Shown here in pieces: positions 1-12,700 of a stretch of DNA of 64,000 bases. Each line of letters starts with the position of its first letter. The first letter of the stretch is position 1. The translations under genes and the position numbers were made by a program. Below the pieces are notes generated by a model. That model worked only from the letters and a program-made list of their open reading frames with translations, searched no databases and was not told where the DNA came from. Source of the DNA: Somniosus microcephalus (lineage: Eukaryota); NCBI GenBank assembly GCA_052327205.1, contig CM126207.1, forward strand, positions 40,114,001 to 40,178,000, written 5' to 3'.

Positions 1-376
1 ATGAGCTGAACTCAAACAATTTGATTACAGTTGGTTGGCTTGAATAATAATTATACAATTGTGCAAATTGGAACTGAAGTGAATGAGTTGCTTCTATTTT
101 CCCACTGAAGGAGCCTTCATGATATTTGATGCAAGCTATCACATTAATTAAACTTTGAGCTTCTTATCAGAGTTATCTCTTTTCAGATGAATTATATGCA
201 TGATTAGAAAGTAAAAGAATGTGGCAGGATTAGTGAGTTTTTAAAATATACTCGGCATAAAAGCTGGAGTCAACAAGTGACTGTAAATGATGTGACAAGA
301 AGCACAGTCACATCTGTGGATTTTGACTTAGAAACCATTCTGTGAGTGAGGAAAATGCGATTGGAACTTTTGATAC

Positions 377-442
377 ATGTCGAAGGAATCAAAGATGTTG
401 ATGGTTCTGTTGATGTGCTTAACAGTGATGGCTCAACTGGTG
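377..442 (-). other. Exon-like segment C (66 nt, phase 1-1); splice sites intact in some units, broken in others
   Basis: Minus strand: catttctgttgccaaAG|CA CCA GTT GAG CCA TCA CTG TTA AGC ACA TCA ACA GAA CCA TCA ACA TCT TTG ATT CCT TCG ACA T|GTatca = (A)PVEPSLLSTSTEPSTSLIPST. It shares the AGCACATCAACAGA core with exon A. The donor is weak. Confidence 0.55.
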
Positions 443-624
443 CTTTGGCAACAGAAATGTAACATTATTAATAGACATGGAACTGTGAAGGCACAAATGG
501 CATTTACTCTTTTGAAAAAATTGTTTACAATGGTCAAGGTAAGACTAGTGTCTGTTGCTTGATTCAAAAAGGAGTTATCAGCGGGAAGGTTGAACGTTGA
601 CATTTGGGATGGCATTGTGGATAC

Positions 625-729
625 CTGTTGTTTCACTTGTTGAGGCTATAGTGGTTGAAGAAGCAGATACAGTTGTAGATGGATCTGTTGATATGCTTTG
701 TTCTGATGTTGGAGATGTTGATGATGTAG
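625..729 (-). CDS. Exon A, representative copy (unit 1), 105 nt, phase 1-1
   Basis: Minus strand: ctttctttcaCTGACatctcttttaaaatcaacAG|CT ACA TCA TCA ACA TCT CCA ... GAA ACA ACA G|GTatcc. Translates to (A)TSSTSPTSEQSISTDPSTTVSASSTTIASTSETT. Confidence 0.85.
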
Positions 730-3700
730 CTGTTGATTTTAAAAGAGATGTCAGTGAAAGAAAGCAATGCTCCTGCTGATTGCAGCATAAAGCACGTCAA
801 ATGAGAATGGTAAATTTAATGAAACGAATTAAAAAATGATCGAAATGAAAATGGTGGTTTGCTTTGATATTTATTCTGAGAGTGTTCACAATCTTAATGT
901 TGAGCACTATGCATTAAATTGCAAGTATGCTGTTACTGGAGATTTTTCTTATCAAAGTTTGCCATTACAGAGATTATCAATTTGACTGGTTTAATGTCAT
1001 TATTCACTTTACGAGGCATCAGCTCTGGACAGCAGCAGTGGCATTTAGTTTTATAAAACACTGTATTATCAACATTAATAATTGTTCCCTTCTACGATCT
1101 TGGATGTCTAGGTTGCAATAGATTATACCTGTTGATGCTGGTGATGTTGCTGTGGATGAGATCAGAGTTGTAGTTGCTTCTGTTGAAGTGCTTCCTTCTG
1201 AGGTTACAGATGATGTCAAAACTGCTAATATGTATAGAAATGTCAGTAAAACAGGGCAAAGCTCTTCTAGATGCCATCATAAATAGAGCAAACTGACCAA
1301 TAAAGCTAATGAGCTGAACTCAAACAATTTGATTGCAGTTGGTTGGCATGAATAATAATTATACAATTGTGTAATGTGGACCTGAAGTGAATGAGTTGCT
1401 TCTATTTTCCCACTGAAGGAGCCTCCATGATATTTGATGCAAGCTATCACATTAATTAAACTTTGAGCTTCTTCTCAAAGTGATCTACTTTTATACTCGT
1501 CATATCAATGATTAGAGAGAATATGGATGTGGCTGGATTAGTAAGTTTTTAAATTGTACAAGGCATAAAATCTGGAGTCAACAAGTGACTGTAAATGATG
1601 TGGCAAGAAGAACAGTCTCATCTGTGGATTGTGAATTTGAAACCATTCTGTGAGTGAGGAAAATGCGATTGGAACTTTTGATACATGTCGAAGGAATCAA
1701 AGATATTAAGGAATCAAAGATATTGATAGTTCTGTTGATGTGCTTAACAGTGATGGCTCAACTGGTGCATTGGCAATAGAAATGTAACATTATTAACAGA
1801 CATGGAACTGTGAAGGCAGAAATGGCATTTACTCTTTTGAAAAAATTGTATACAATGGTCAAGGTAAGACTAGTGTCTGTTGCTTGATTCAAAAATGAGT
1901 TATCAGCGGGAAGGTTGAACGTTGACATTTGGGATGGCATTGTGGATACCTGTTGTTTCACTTGTTGAGGCTAAAGTGGTTGAAGAAGCAGGTACAGTTG
2001 TAGATGGATCTGTTGATGTGCTTTGTTCTGATGTTGGAGATGTTGATGATGTAGCTGTTGATGTTAAAAGAGATGTCAGTGAAAGAAAGCAATGCTCCTG
2101 CTGATTGCAGCATAAAGCAAGTCAAATGAGGAAGGTAAGTTTAATGAAACGAATTAAAAACATGATCGAAATGAAAATGGTGGGTTGCTTTGATATTTAT
2201 TGTGAGCGTGTTCACGATCTTAATGTTGAGCACTATGCATTAAATTGCAAGTATGCTGTTACTGGAGATTTTTCTTATACAAAATTTTGCCATTACAGAT
2301 TTTATCAATTTCACTGGTTTAATGTCATTATTCACTTTACGAGGCATCAGCTCTGGACAGGAGCAGTGGCATTTAGTTTTATAAAAGAAAGTATTATCAA
2401 CATTAATAATTGTTCCCTTCTATGTTCTTGGATTTCTAGGTTGCAATAGATCATACCTGTTGATGCTGGTGATGTTGCTGTGGATGAGATCAGAGTTGTA
2501 GTTGCTTCTGTTGAAGTGCTTCCTTCTGAGGTTCCAGCTGATGTTGAAGCTGCTAATATGTGTAGAAATGTCAGTAAAACAGGGCAAAGCTCTTCTAGAT
2601 ACCATCATAAATAGTGCAAACTGACCAACAAAGCTAATGAGCTGAACTCAAACAATTTGATTACAGTTGGTTGGCTTGAATAATAATTATACAATTGTGC
2701 AAATTGGAACTGAAGTGAATGAGTTGCTTCTATTTTCCCACTGAAGGAGCCTTCATGATATTTGATGCAAGCTATCACATTAATTAAACTTTGAGCTTCT
2801 TATCAGAGTTATCTCTTTTCAGATGAATTATATGCATGATTAGAAAGTAAAAGAATGTGGCAGGATTAGTGAGTTTTTAAAATATACTCGGCATAAAAGC
2901 TGGAGTCAACAAGTGACTGTAAATGATGTGACAAGAAGCACAGTCACATCTGTGGATTTTGACTTAGAAACCATTCTGTGAGTGAGGAAAATGCGATTGG
3001 AACTTTTGATACATGTCGAAGGAATCAAAGATGTTGATGGTTCTGTTGATGTGCTTAACAGTGATGGCTCAACTGGTGCTTTGGCAACAGAAATGTAACA
3101 TTATTAATAGACATGGAACTGTGAAGGCACAAATGGCATTTACTCTTTTGAAAAAATTGTTTACAATGGTCAAGGTAAGACTAGTGTCTGTTGCTTGATT
3201 CAAAAGGGAGTTATCAGCGGGAAGGTTGAACGTTGACATTTGGGATGGCATTGTGGATACCTGTTGTTTCACTTGTTGAGGCTATAGTGGTTGAAGAAGC
3301 AGATACAGTTGTAGATGGATCTGTTGATATGCTTTGTTCTGATGTTGGAGATGTTGATGATGTAGCTGTTGATTTTAAAAGAGATGTCAGTGAAAGAAAG
3401 CAATGCTCCTGCTGATTGCAGCATAAAGCACGTCAAATGAGAATGGTAAATTTAATGAAACGAATTAAAACATGATCGAAATGAAAATGGTGGTTTGCTT
3501 TGATATTTATTCTGAGAGTGTTCACAATCTTAATGTTGAGCACTATGCATTAAATTGCAAGTATGCTGTTACTGGAGATTTTTCTTATCAAAGTTTGCCA
3601 TTACAGAGATTATCAATTTCACTGGTTTAATGTCATTATTCACTTTACGAGGCATCAGCTCTGGACAGCAGCAGTGGCATTTAGTTTTATAAAAGAAAGT

Positions 3701-6700
3701 ATTATCAACATTAATAATTGTTCCCTTCTATGATCTTGGATGTCTAGGTTGCAATGGATTATACCTGTTGATGCTGGTGATGTTGCTGTGGATGAGATCA
3801 GAGTTGTAGTTGCTTCTGTTGAAGTGCTTCCTTCTGAGGTTCCAGATGATGTTGAAGCTGCTAATATGTATAGAAATGTCAGTAAAACAGGGCAAAGCTC
3901 TTCTAGATACCATCATAAATAGTGCAAACTGACCAACAAAGCTAATGAGCTGAACTCAAACAATTTGATTGCAGTTGGTTGGCTTGAATAATAATTATAC
4001 AATTGTGCAAATTGGAACTGAAGTGAATGAGTTGCTTCTATTTTCCCACTGAAGGAGCCTTCATGATATTTGATGCAAGCTATCACATTAATTAAACTTT
4101 GAACTTCTTATCAGAGTTATCTCTTTTCAGATGAATTATATGCATGATTAGAGAGTAAAAGAATGTGGCAGGATTAGTGAGTTTTTAAAATATACTCGGC
4201 ATAAAAGCTGGAGTCAACAAGTGACTGTACATGATGTGAGAAGAAGCACAATCATATCTGTGGATTTTGACTTTGAAACCATTCTGTGAGTGAGGGAAAT
4301 GTGATTGGAACTTTTGATTCATGTCGAAGGAATCAAAGATGTTGATGGTTCTGCTGATGTGCTTAACAGTGATGACTCAACTGGTGCTTTGGCAATAGAA
4401 ATGTAACATTATTAACAGACATGGAACTGTGAAGGCACAAATGGCATTTACTCTTTTGAAAAAATTGTTTACAATGGCCAAGGTAAGACTAGTGTCTGTT
4501 GCTTGATTGAGAAATGATTTATCAGCGGGAAGGTTAAACGGTGACAATTGGGATGACATTGTGGATACCTGTTGTTTCACTTGTTGAGGCTAAAGTGGTT
4601 GAAGAAGCGGTTGCAGTTGTAGATGGATCTGTTGATCTGCTTTGTTCTGATGTTGGAGATGTTGATGATGTAGCTGTTGATGTTAAAAGAGATGTCAGTG
4701 AAAGAAAGCAATGCTCCTGCTGATTGCAGCATAAAGCACGTCAAATGAGGAAGGTAAGTTTAATGAAACGAATTAAAAACATGATCGACATGAAAATGGT
4801 GGGTTGCTTTGATACTTATTCTGAGAGTGTTCACGATCTTAATATTGAGTACTATGCATTAAATTGCAAGTATGCTGTTACGAGAGATTTTCTTATACAA
4901 GGTTTACCATTACAGAGATTATCAATTTCACTGGTTTAATGTCATTATTCACTTTACGAGGCATCAGCTCTGGACAGCAGCAGTGGCATTTAGTTTTATA
5001 AAACACTGTATTATCAACATTAATAATTGTTCCCTTCTACGATCTTGGATGTCTAGGTTGCAATAGATTATACCTGTTGATGCTGGTGATGTTGCTGTGG
5101 ATGAGATCAGAGTTGTAGTTGCTTCTGTTGAAGTGCTTCCTTCTGAGGTTACAGATGATGTCAAAACTGCTAATATGTATAGAAATGTCAGTAAAACAGG
5201 GCAAAGCTCTTCTAGATGCCATCATAAATAGAGCAAACTGACCAATAAAGCTAATGAGCTGAACTCAAACAATTTGATTGCAGTTGGTTGGCATGAATAA
5301 TAATTATACAATTGTGTAATGTGGACCTGAAGTGAATGAGTTGCTTCTATTTTCCCACTGAAGGAGCCTCCATGATATTTGATGCAAGCTATCACATTAA
5401 TTAAACTTTGAGCTTCTTCTCAAAGTGATCTACTTTTATACTCGTCATATCAATGATTAGAGAGAATATGGATGTGGCTGGATTAGTAAGTTTTTAAATT
5501 GTACAAGGCATAAAATCTGGAGTCAACAAGTGACTGTAAATGATGTGGCAAGAAGAACAGTCTCATCTGTGGATTGTGAATTTGAAACCATTCTGTGAGT
5601 GAGGAAAATGCGATTGGAACTTTTGATACATGTCGAAGGAATCAAAGATATTAAGGAATCAAAGATATTGATAGTTCTGTTGATGTGCTTAACAGTGATG
5701 GCTCAACTGGTGCATTGGCAATAGAAATGTAACATTATTAACAGACATGGAACTGTGAAGGCAGAAATGGCATTTACTCTTTTGAAAAAATTGTATACAA
5801 TGGTCAAGGTAAGACTAGTGTCTGTTGCTTGATTCAAAAATGAGTTATCAGCGGGAAGGTTGAACGTTGACATTTGGGATGGCATTGTGGATACCTGTTG
5901 TTTCACTTGTTGAGGCTAAAGTGGTTGAAGAAGCAGGTACAGTTGTAGATGGATCTGTTGATGTGCTTTGTTCTGATGTTGGAGATGTTGATGATGTAGC
6001 TGTTGATGTTAAAAGAGATGTCAGTGAAAGAAAGCAATGCTCCTGCTGATTGCAGCATAAAGCAAGTCAAATGAGGAAGGTAAGTTTAATGAAACGAATT
6101 AAAAACATGATCGAAATGAAAATGGTGGGTTGCTTTGATATTTATTGTGAGCGTGTTCACGATCTTAATGTTGAGCACTATGCATTAAATTGCAAGTATG
6201 CTGTTACTGGAGATTTTTCTTATACAAAATTTTGCCATTACAGATTTTATCAATTTCACTGGTTTAATGTCATTATTCACTTTACGAGGCATCAGCTCTG
6301 GACAGGAGCAGTGGCATTTAGTTTTATAAAAGAAAGTATTATCAACATTAATAATTGTTCCCTTCTATGTTCTTGGATTTCTAGGTTGCAATAGATCATA
6401 CCTGTTGATGCTGGTGATGTTGCTGTGGATGAGATCAGAGTTGTAGTTGCTTCTGTTGAAGTGCTTCCTTCTGAGGTTCCAGCTGATGTTGAAGCTGCTA
6501 ATATGTGTAGAAATGTCAGTAAAACAGGGCAAAGCTCTTCTAGATACCATCATAAATAGTGCAAACTGACCAACAAAGCTAATGAGCTGAACTCAAACAA
6601 TTTGATTACAGTTGGTTGGCTTGAATAATAATTATACAATTGTGCAAATTGGAACTGAAGTGAATGAGTTGCTTCTATTTTCCCACTGAAGGAGCCTTCA

Positions 6701-9700
6701 TGATATTTGATGCAAGCTATCACATTAATTAAACTTTGAGCTTCTTATCAGAGTTATCTCTTTTCAGATGAATTATATGCATGATTAGAAAGTAAAAGAA
6801 TGTGGCAGGATTAGTGAGTTTTTAAAATATACTCGGCATAAAAGCTGGAGTCAACAAGTGACTGTAAATGATGTGACAAGAAGCACAGTCACATCTGTGG
6901 ATTTTGACTTAGAAACCATTCTGTGAGTGAGGAAAATGCGATTGGAACTTTTGATACATGTCGAAGGAATCAAAGATGTTGATGGTTCTGTTGATGTGCT
7001 TAACAGTGATGGCTCAACTGGTGCTTTGGCAACAGAAATGTAACATTATTAATAGACATGGAACTGTGAAGGCACAAATGGCATTTACTCTTTTGAAAAA
7101 ATTGTTTACAATGGTCAAGGTAAGACTAGTGTCTGTTGCTTGATTCAAAAAGGAGTTATCAGCGGGAAGGTTGAACGTTGACATTTGGGATGGCATTGTG
7201 GATACCTGTTGTTTCACTTGTTGAGGCTATAGTGGTTGAAGAAGCAGATACAGTTGTAGATGGATCTGTTGATATGCTTTGTTCTGATGTTGGAGATGTT
7301 GATGATGTAGCTGTTGATTTTAAAAGAGATGTCAGTGAAAGAAAGCAATGCTCCTGCTGATTGCAGCATAAAGCACGTCAAATGAGAATGGTAAATTTAA
7401 TGAAACGAATTAAAACATGATCGAAATGAAAATGGTGGTTTGCTTTGATATTTATTCTGAGAGTGTTCACAATCTTAATGTTGAGCACTATGCATTAAAT
7501 TGCAAGTATGCTGTTACTGGAGATTTTTCTTATCAAAGTTTGCCATTACAGAGATTATCAATTTCACTGGTTTAATGTCATTATTCACTTTACGAGGCAT
7601 CAGCTCTGGACAGCAGTAGTGGCATTTAGTTTTATAAAAGAAAGTATTATCAACATTAATAATTGTTCCCTTCTATGATCTTGGATGTCTAGGTTGCAAT
7701 AGATTATACCTGTTGATGCTGGTGATGTTGCTGTGGATGAGATCAGAGTTGTAGTTGCTTCTGTTGAAGTGCTTCCTTCTGAGGTTCCAGATGATGTTGA
7801 AGCTGCTAATATGTATAGAAATGTCAGTAAAACAGGGCAAAGCTCTTCTAGATACCATCATAAATAGTGCAAACTGACCAACAAAGCTAATGAGCTGAAC
7901 TCAAACAATTTGATTGCAGTTGGTTGGCTTGAATAATAATTATACAATTGTGCAAATTGGAACTGAAGTGAATGAGTTGCTTCTATTTTCCCACTGAAGG
8001 AGCCTTCATGATATTTGATGCAAGCTATCACATTAATTAAACTTTGAACTTCTTATCAGAGTTATCTCTTTTCAGATGAATTATATGCATGATTAGAGAG
8101 TAAAAGAATGTGGCTGGATTAGTGAGTTTTTAAAATATACTCGGCATAAAAGCTGGAGTCAACAAGTGACTGTACATGATGTGAGAAGAAGCACAATCAT
8201 ATCTGTGGATTTTGACTTTGAAACCATTCTGTGAGTGAGGGAAATGTGATTGGAACTTTTGATTCATGTCGAAGGAATCAAAGATGTTGATGGTTCTGCT
8301 GATGTGCTTAACAGTGATGGCTCAACAGGTGCTTTGGCAATAGAAATGTAACATTATTAACAGGCATGGAACTGTGAAGGCACAAATGGCATTTACTCTT
8401 TTGAAAAAATTGTTTACAATGGTCAAGGTAAGACTAGTGTCTGTTGCTTGATTCAAAAATGAGTTATCAGCGGGAAGGTTGAACGTTGACATTTGGGATG
8501 GCATTGTGGATACCTGTTGTTTCACTTGTTGAGGCTATAGTGGTTGAAGAAGCAGGTACAGTTGTAGATGGATCTGTTGATGTGCTTTGTTCTGATGTTG
8601 GAGATGTTGATGATGTAGCTGTTGATGTTAAAAGAGATGTCAGTGAAAGAAAGCAATGCTCCTGCTGATTGCAGCATAAAACAAGTCAAATGAGGAAGGT
8701 AAGTTTAATGAAACAAATTAAAAACATGACCGAAATGAAAGTGGTGGGTTGCTTTGATATTTATTCTGAGAGTGTTCACGATCTTAATGTTGAGCACTAT
8801 GCATTAAATTGCAAGTATGCTGTTACTGGAGATTTTTCTTATCAAAGTTTGCCATTACAGAGATTATCAATTTCACTGGTTTAATGTCATTATTCACTTT
8901 ACGAGGCATCAGCTCTGGACAGCAGCAGTGGCATTTAGTTTTATAAAAGAAAGTATTATCAACATTAATAATTGTTCCCTTCTACGATCTTGGATGTCTA
9001 GGTTGCAATAGATTATACCTGTTGATGCTGGTGATGTTGCTGTGGATGAGATCAGAGTTGTAGTTGCTTCTGTTGAAGTGCTTCCTTCTGAGGTTACAGA
9101 TGATGTCAAAACTGCTAATATGTATAGAAATGTCAGTAAAACAGGGCAAAGCTCTTCTAGATGCCATCATAAATAGAGCAAACTGACCAATAAAGCTAAT
9201 GAGCTGAACTCAAACAATTTGATTGCAGTTGGTTGGCATGAATAATAATTATACAATTGTGTAATGTGGACCTGAAGTGAATGAGTTGCTTCTATTTTCC
9301 CACTGAAGGAGCCTCCATGATATTTGATGCAAGCTATCACATTAATTAAACTTTGAGCTTCTTCTCAAAGTGATCTACTTTTATACTCGTCATATCAATG
9401 ATTAGAGAGAATATGGATGTGGCTGGATTAGTAAGTTTTTAAATTGTACAAGGCATAAAATCTGGAGTCAACAAGTGACTGTAAATGATGTGGCAAGAAG
9501 AACAGTCTCATCTGTGGATTGTGAATTTGAAACCATTCTGTGAGTGAGGAAAATGCGATTGGAACTTTTGATACATGTCGAAGGAATCAAAGATATTAAG
9601 GAATCAAAGATATTGATAGTTCTGTTGATGTGCTTAACAGTGATGGCTCAACTGGTGCATTGGCAATAGAAATGTAACATTATTAACAGACATGGAACTG

Positions 9701-12700
9701 TGAAGGCAGAAATGGCATTTACTCTTTTGAAAAAATTGTATACAATGGTCAAGGTAAGACTAGTGTCTGTTGCTTGATTCAAAAATGAGTTATCAGCGGG
9801 AAGGTTGAACGTTGACATTTGGGATGGCATTGTGGATACCTGTTGTTTCACTTGTTGAGGCTAAAGTGGTTGAAGAAGCAGGTACAGTTGTAGATGGATC
9901 TGTTGATGTGCTTTGTTCTGATGTTGGAGATGTTGATGATGTAGCTGTTGATGTTAAAAGAGATGTCAGTGAAAGAAAGCAATGCTCCTGCTGATTGCAG
10001 CATAAAGCAAGTCAAATGAGGAAGGTAAGTTTAATGAAACGAATTAAAAACATGATCGAAATGAAAATGGTGGGTTGCTTTGATATTTATTGTGAGCGTG
10101 TTCACGATCTTAATGTTGAGCACTATGCATTAAATTGCAAGTATGCTGTTACTGGAGATTTTTCTTATACAAAATTTTGCCATTACAGATTTTATGAATT
10201 TCACTGGTTTAATGTCATTATTCACTTTACGAGGCATCAGCTCTGGACAGGAGCAGTGGCATTTAGTTTTATAAAAGAAAGTATTATCAACATTAATAAT
10301 TGTTCCCTTCTATGTTCTTGGATTTCTAGGTTGCAATAGATCATACCTGTTGATGCTGGTGATGTTGCTGTGGATGAGATCAGAGTTGTAGTTGCTTCTG
10401 TTGAAGTGCTTCCTTCTGAGGTTCCAGCTGATGTTGAAGCTGCTAATATGTGTAGAAATGTCAGTAAAACAGGGCAAAGCTCTTCTAGATACCATCATAA
10501 ATAGTGCAAACTGACCAACAAAGCTAATGAGCTGAACTCAAACAATTTGATTACAGTTGGTTGGCTTGAATAATAATTATACAATTGTGCAAATTGGAAC
10601 TGAAGTGAATGAGTTGCTTCTATTTTCCCACTGAAGGAGCCTTCATGATATTTGATGCAAGCTATCACATTAATTAAACTTTGAGCTTCTTATCAGAGTT
10701 ATCTCTTTTCAGATGAATTATATGCATGATTAGAAAGTAAAAGAATGTGGCAGGATTAGTGAGTTTTTAAAATATACTCGGCATAAAAGCTGGAGTCAAC
10801 AAGTGACTGTAAATGATGTGACAAGAAGCACAGTCACATCTGTGGATTTTGACTTAGAAACCATTCTGTGAGTGAGGAAAATGCGATTGGAACTTTTGAT
10901 ACATGTCGAAGGAATCAAAGATGTTGATGGTTCTGTTGATGTGCTTAACAGTGATGGCTCAACTGGTGCTTTGGCAACAGAAATGTAACATTATTAATAG
11001 ACATGGAACTGTGAAGGCACAAATGGCATTTACTCTTTTGAAAAAATTGTTTACAATGGTCAAGGTAAGACTAGTGTCTGTTGCTTGATTCAAAAAGGAG
11101 TTATCAGCGGGAAGGTTGAACGTTGACATTTGGGATGGCATTGTGGATACCTGTTGTTTCACTTGTTGAGGTTATAGTGGTTGAAGAAGCAGATACAGTT
11201 GTAGATGGATCTGTTGATATGCTTTGTTCTGATGTTGGAGATGTTGATGATGTAGCTGTTGATTTTAAAAGAGATGTCAGTGAAAGAAAGCAATGCTCCT
11301 GCTGATTGCAGCATAAAGCACGTCAAATGAGAATGGTAAATTTAATGAAACGAATTAAAACATGATCGAAATGAAAATGGTGGTTTGCTTTGATATTTAT
11401 TCTGAGAGTGTTCACAATCTTAATGTTGAGCACTATGCATTAAATTGCAAGTATGCTGTTACTGGAGATTTTTCTTATCAAAGTTTGCCATTACAGAGAT
11501 TATCAATTTCACTGGTTTAATGTCATTATTCACTTTACGAGGCATCAGCTCTGGACAGCAGTAGTGGCATTTAGTTTTATAAAAGAAAGTATTATCAACA
11601 TTAATAATTGTTCCCTTCTATGATCTTGGATGTCTAGGTTGCAATAGATTATACCTGTTGATGCTGGTGATGTTGCTGTGGATGAGATCAGAGTTGTAGT
11701 TGCTTCTGTTGAAGTGCTTCCTTCTGAGGTTCCAGCTGCTGTTGAAGCTACTAATATGTATAGAAATGTCAGTAAAACAGGGCAAAGCTCTTCTAGATAC
11801 CATCATAAATAGTGCAAACTGACCAACAAAGCTAATGAGCTGAACTCAAACAATTTGATTACAGTTGGTTGGCTTGAATAATAATTATATAATTGTGCAA
11901 ATTGGAACTGAAGTGAATGACTTGCTTCTATTTTCCCACTGAAGAAGCCTTCATGATACTTGATGCAAGCTACCACATTAATTAAACTTTGAGCTTCTTC
12001 TCAGAGTGATCTCCTTTTATAGTCGTCATATCCATGATTAGAGAGAATATGGATGTGGCTGGATTAGCAAGTTTTTAAATGGTAGCAGGCATAAAATCTG
12101 GAGTCAACAAGTGACTGTAAATGATGTGGCAGGAAGCACAGTCTCATTTGTGAATTTGAAACCATTCTGTGAGTGAGGAAAATGTGATTGGAACTTTTGA
12201 TACATGTCGAAGGAATCAAAGATATTGATAGTTCTGTTGATGTGCTAAACAGTGATGGCTCAACTGGTGCATTGGCAATAGAAATGTAACATTATTAACA
12301 GACATGGAACTGTGAAGGCAGAAATGGCATTTACTCTTTTGAAAAAATTGTTTACAATGGTCAAGATAAGACTAGTGTCTGTTGCTTGATTCAAAAATGA
12401 TTTATCAGCGGGAAGGTTGAACGTTGACATTTGGGATGGCATTGTGGATACCTGTTGTTTCACTTGTTGAGGCTAAAGTGGTTGAAGAAGCAGGTACAGT
12501 TGTAGATGGACCTGTTGATGTGCTTTGTTCTGATGTTGGAGATGTTGATGATGTAGCTGTTGATGTTAAAAGAGATGTCAGTGAAAGAAAGCAATGCTCC
12601 TGCTGATTGCAGCATAAAGCACTTCAAATGAGGAAGGTAAGTTTAATGAAATGAATTAAAAACATGATCGAAATGAAAATGGTGGGTTGCTTTGATATTT

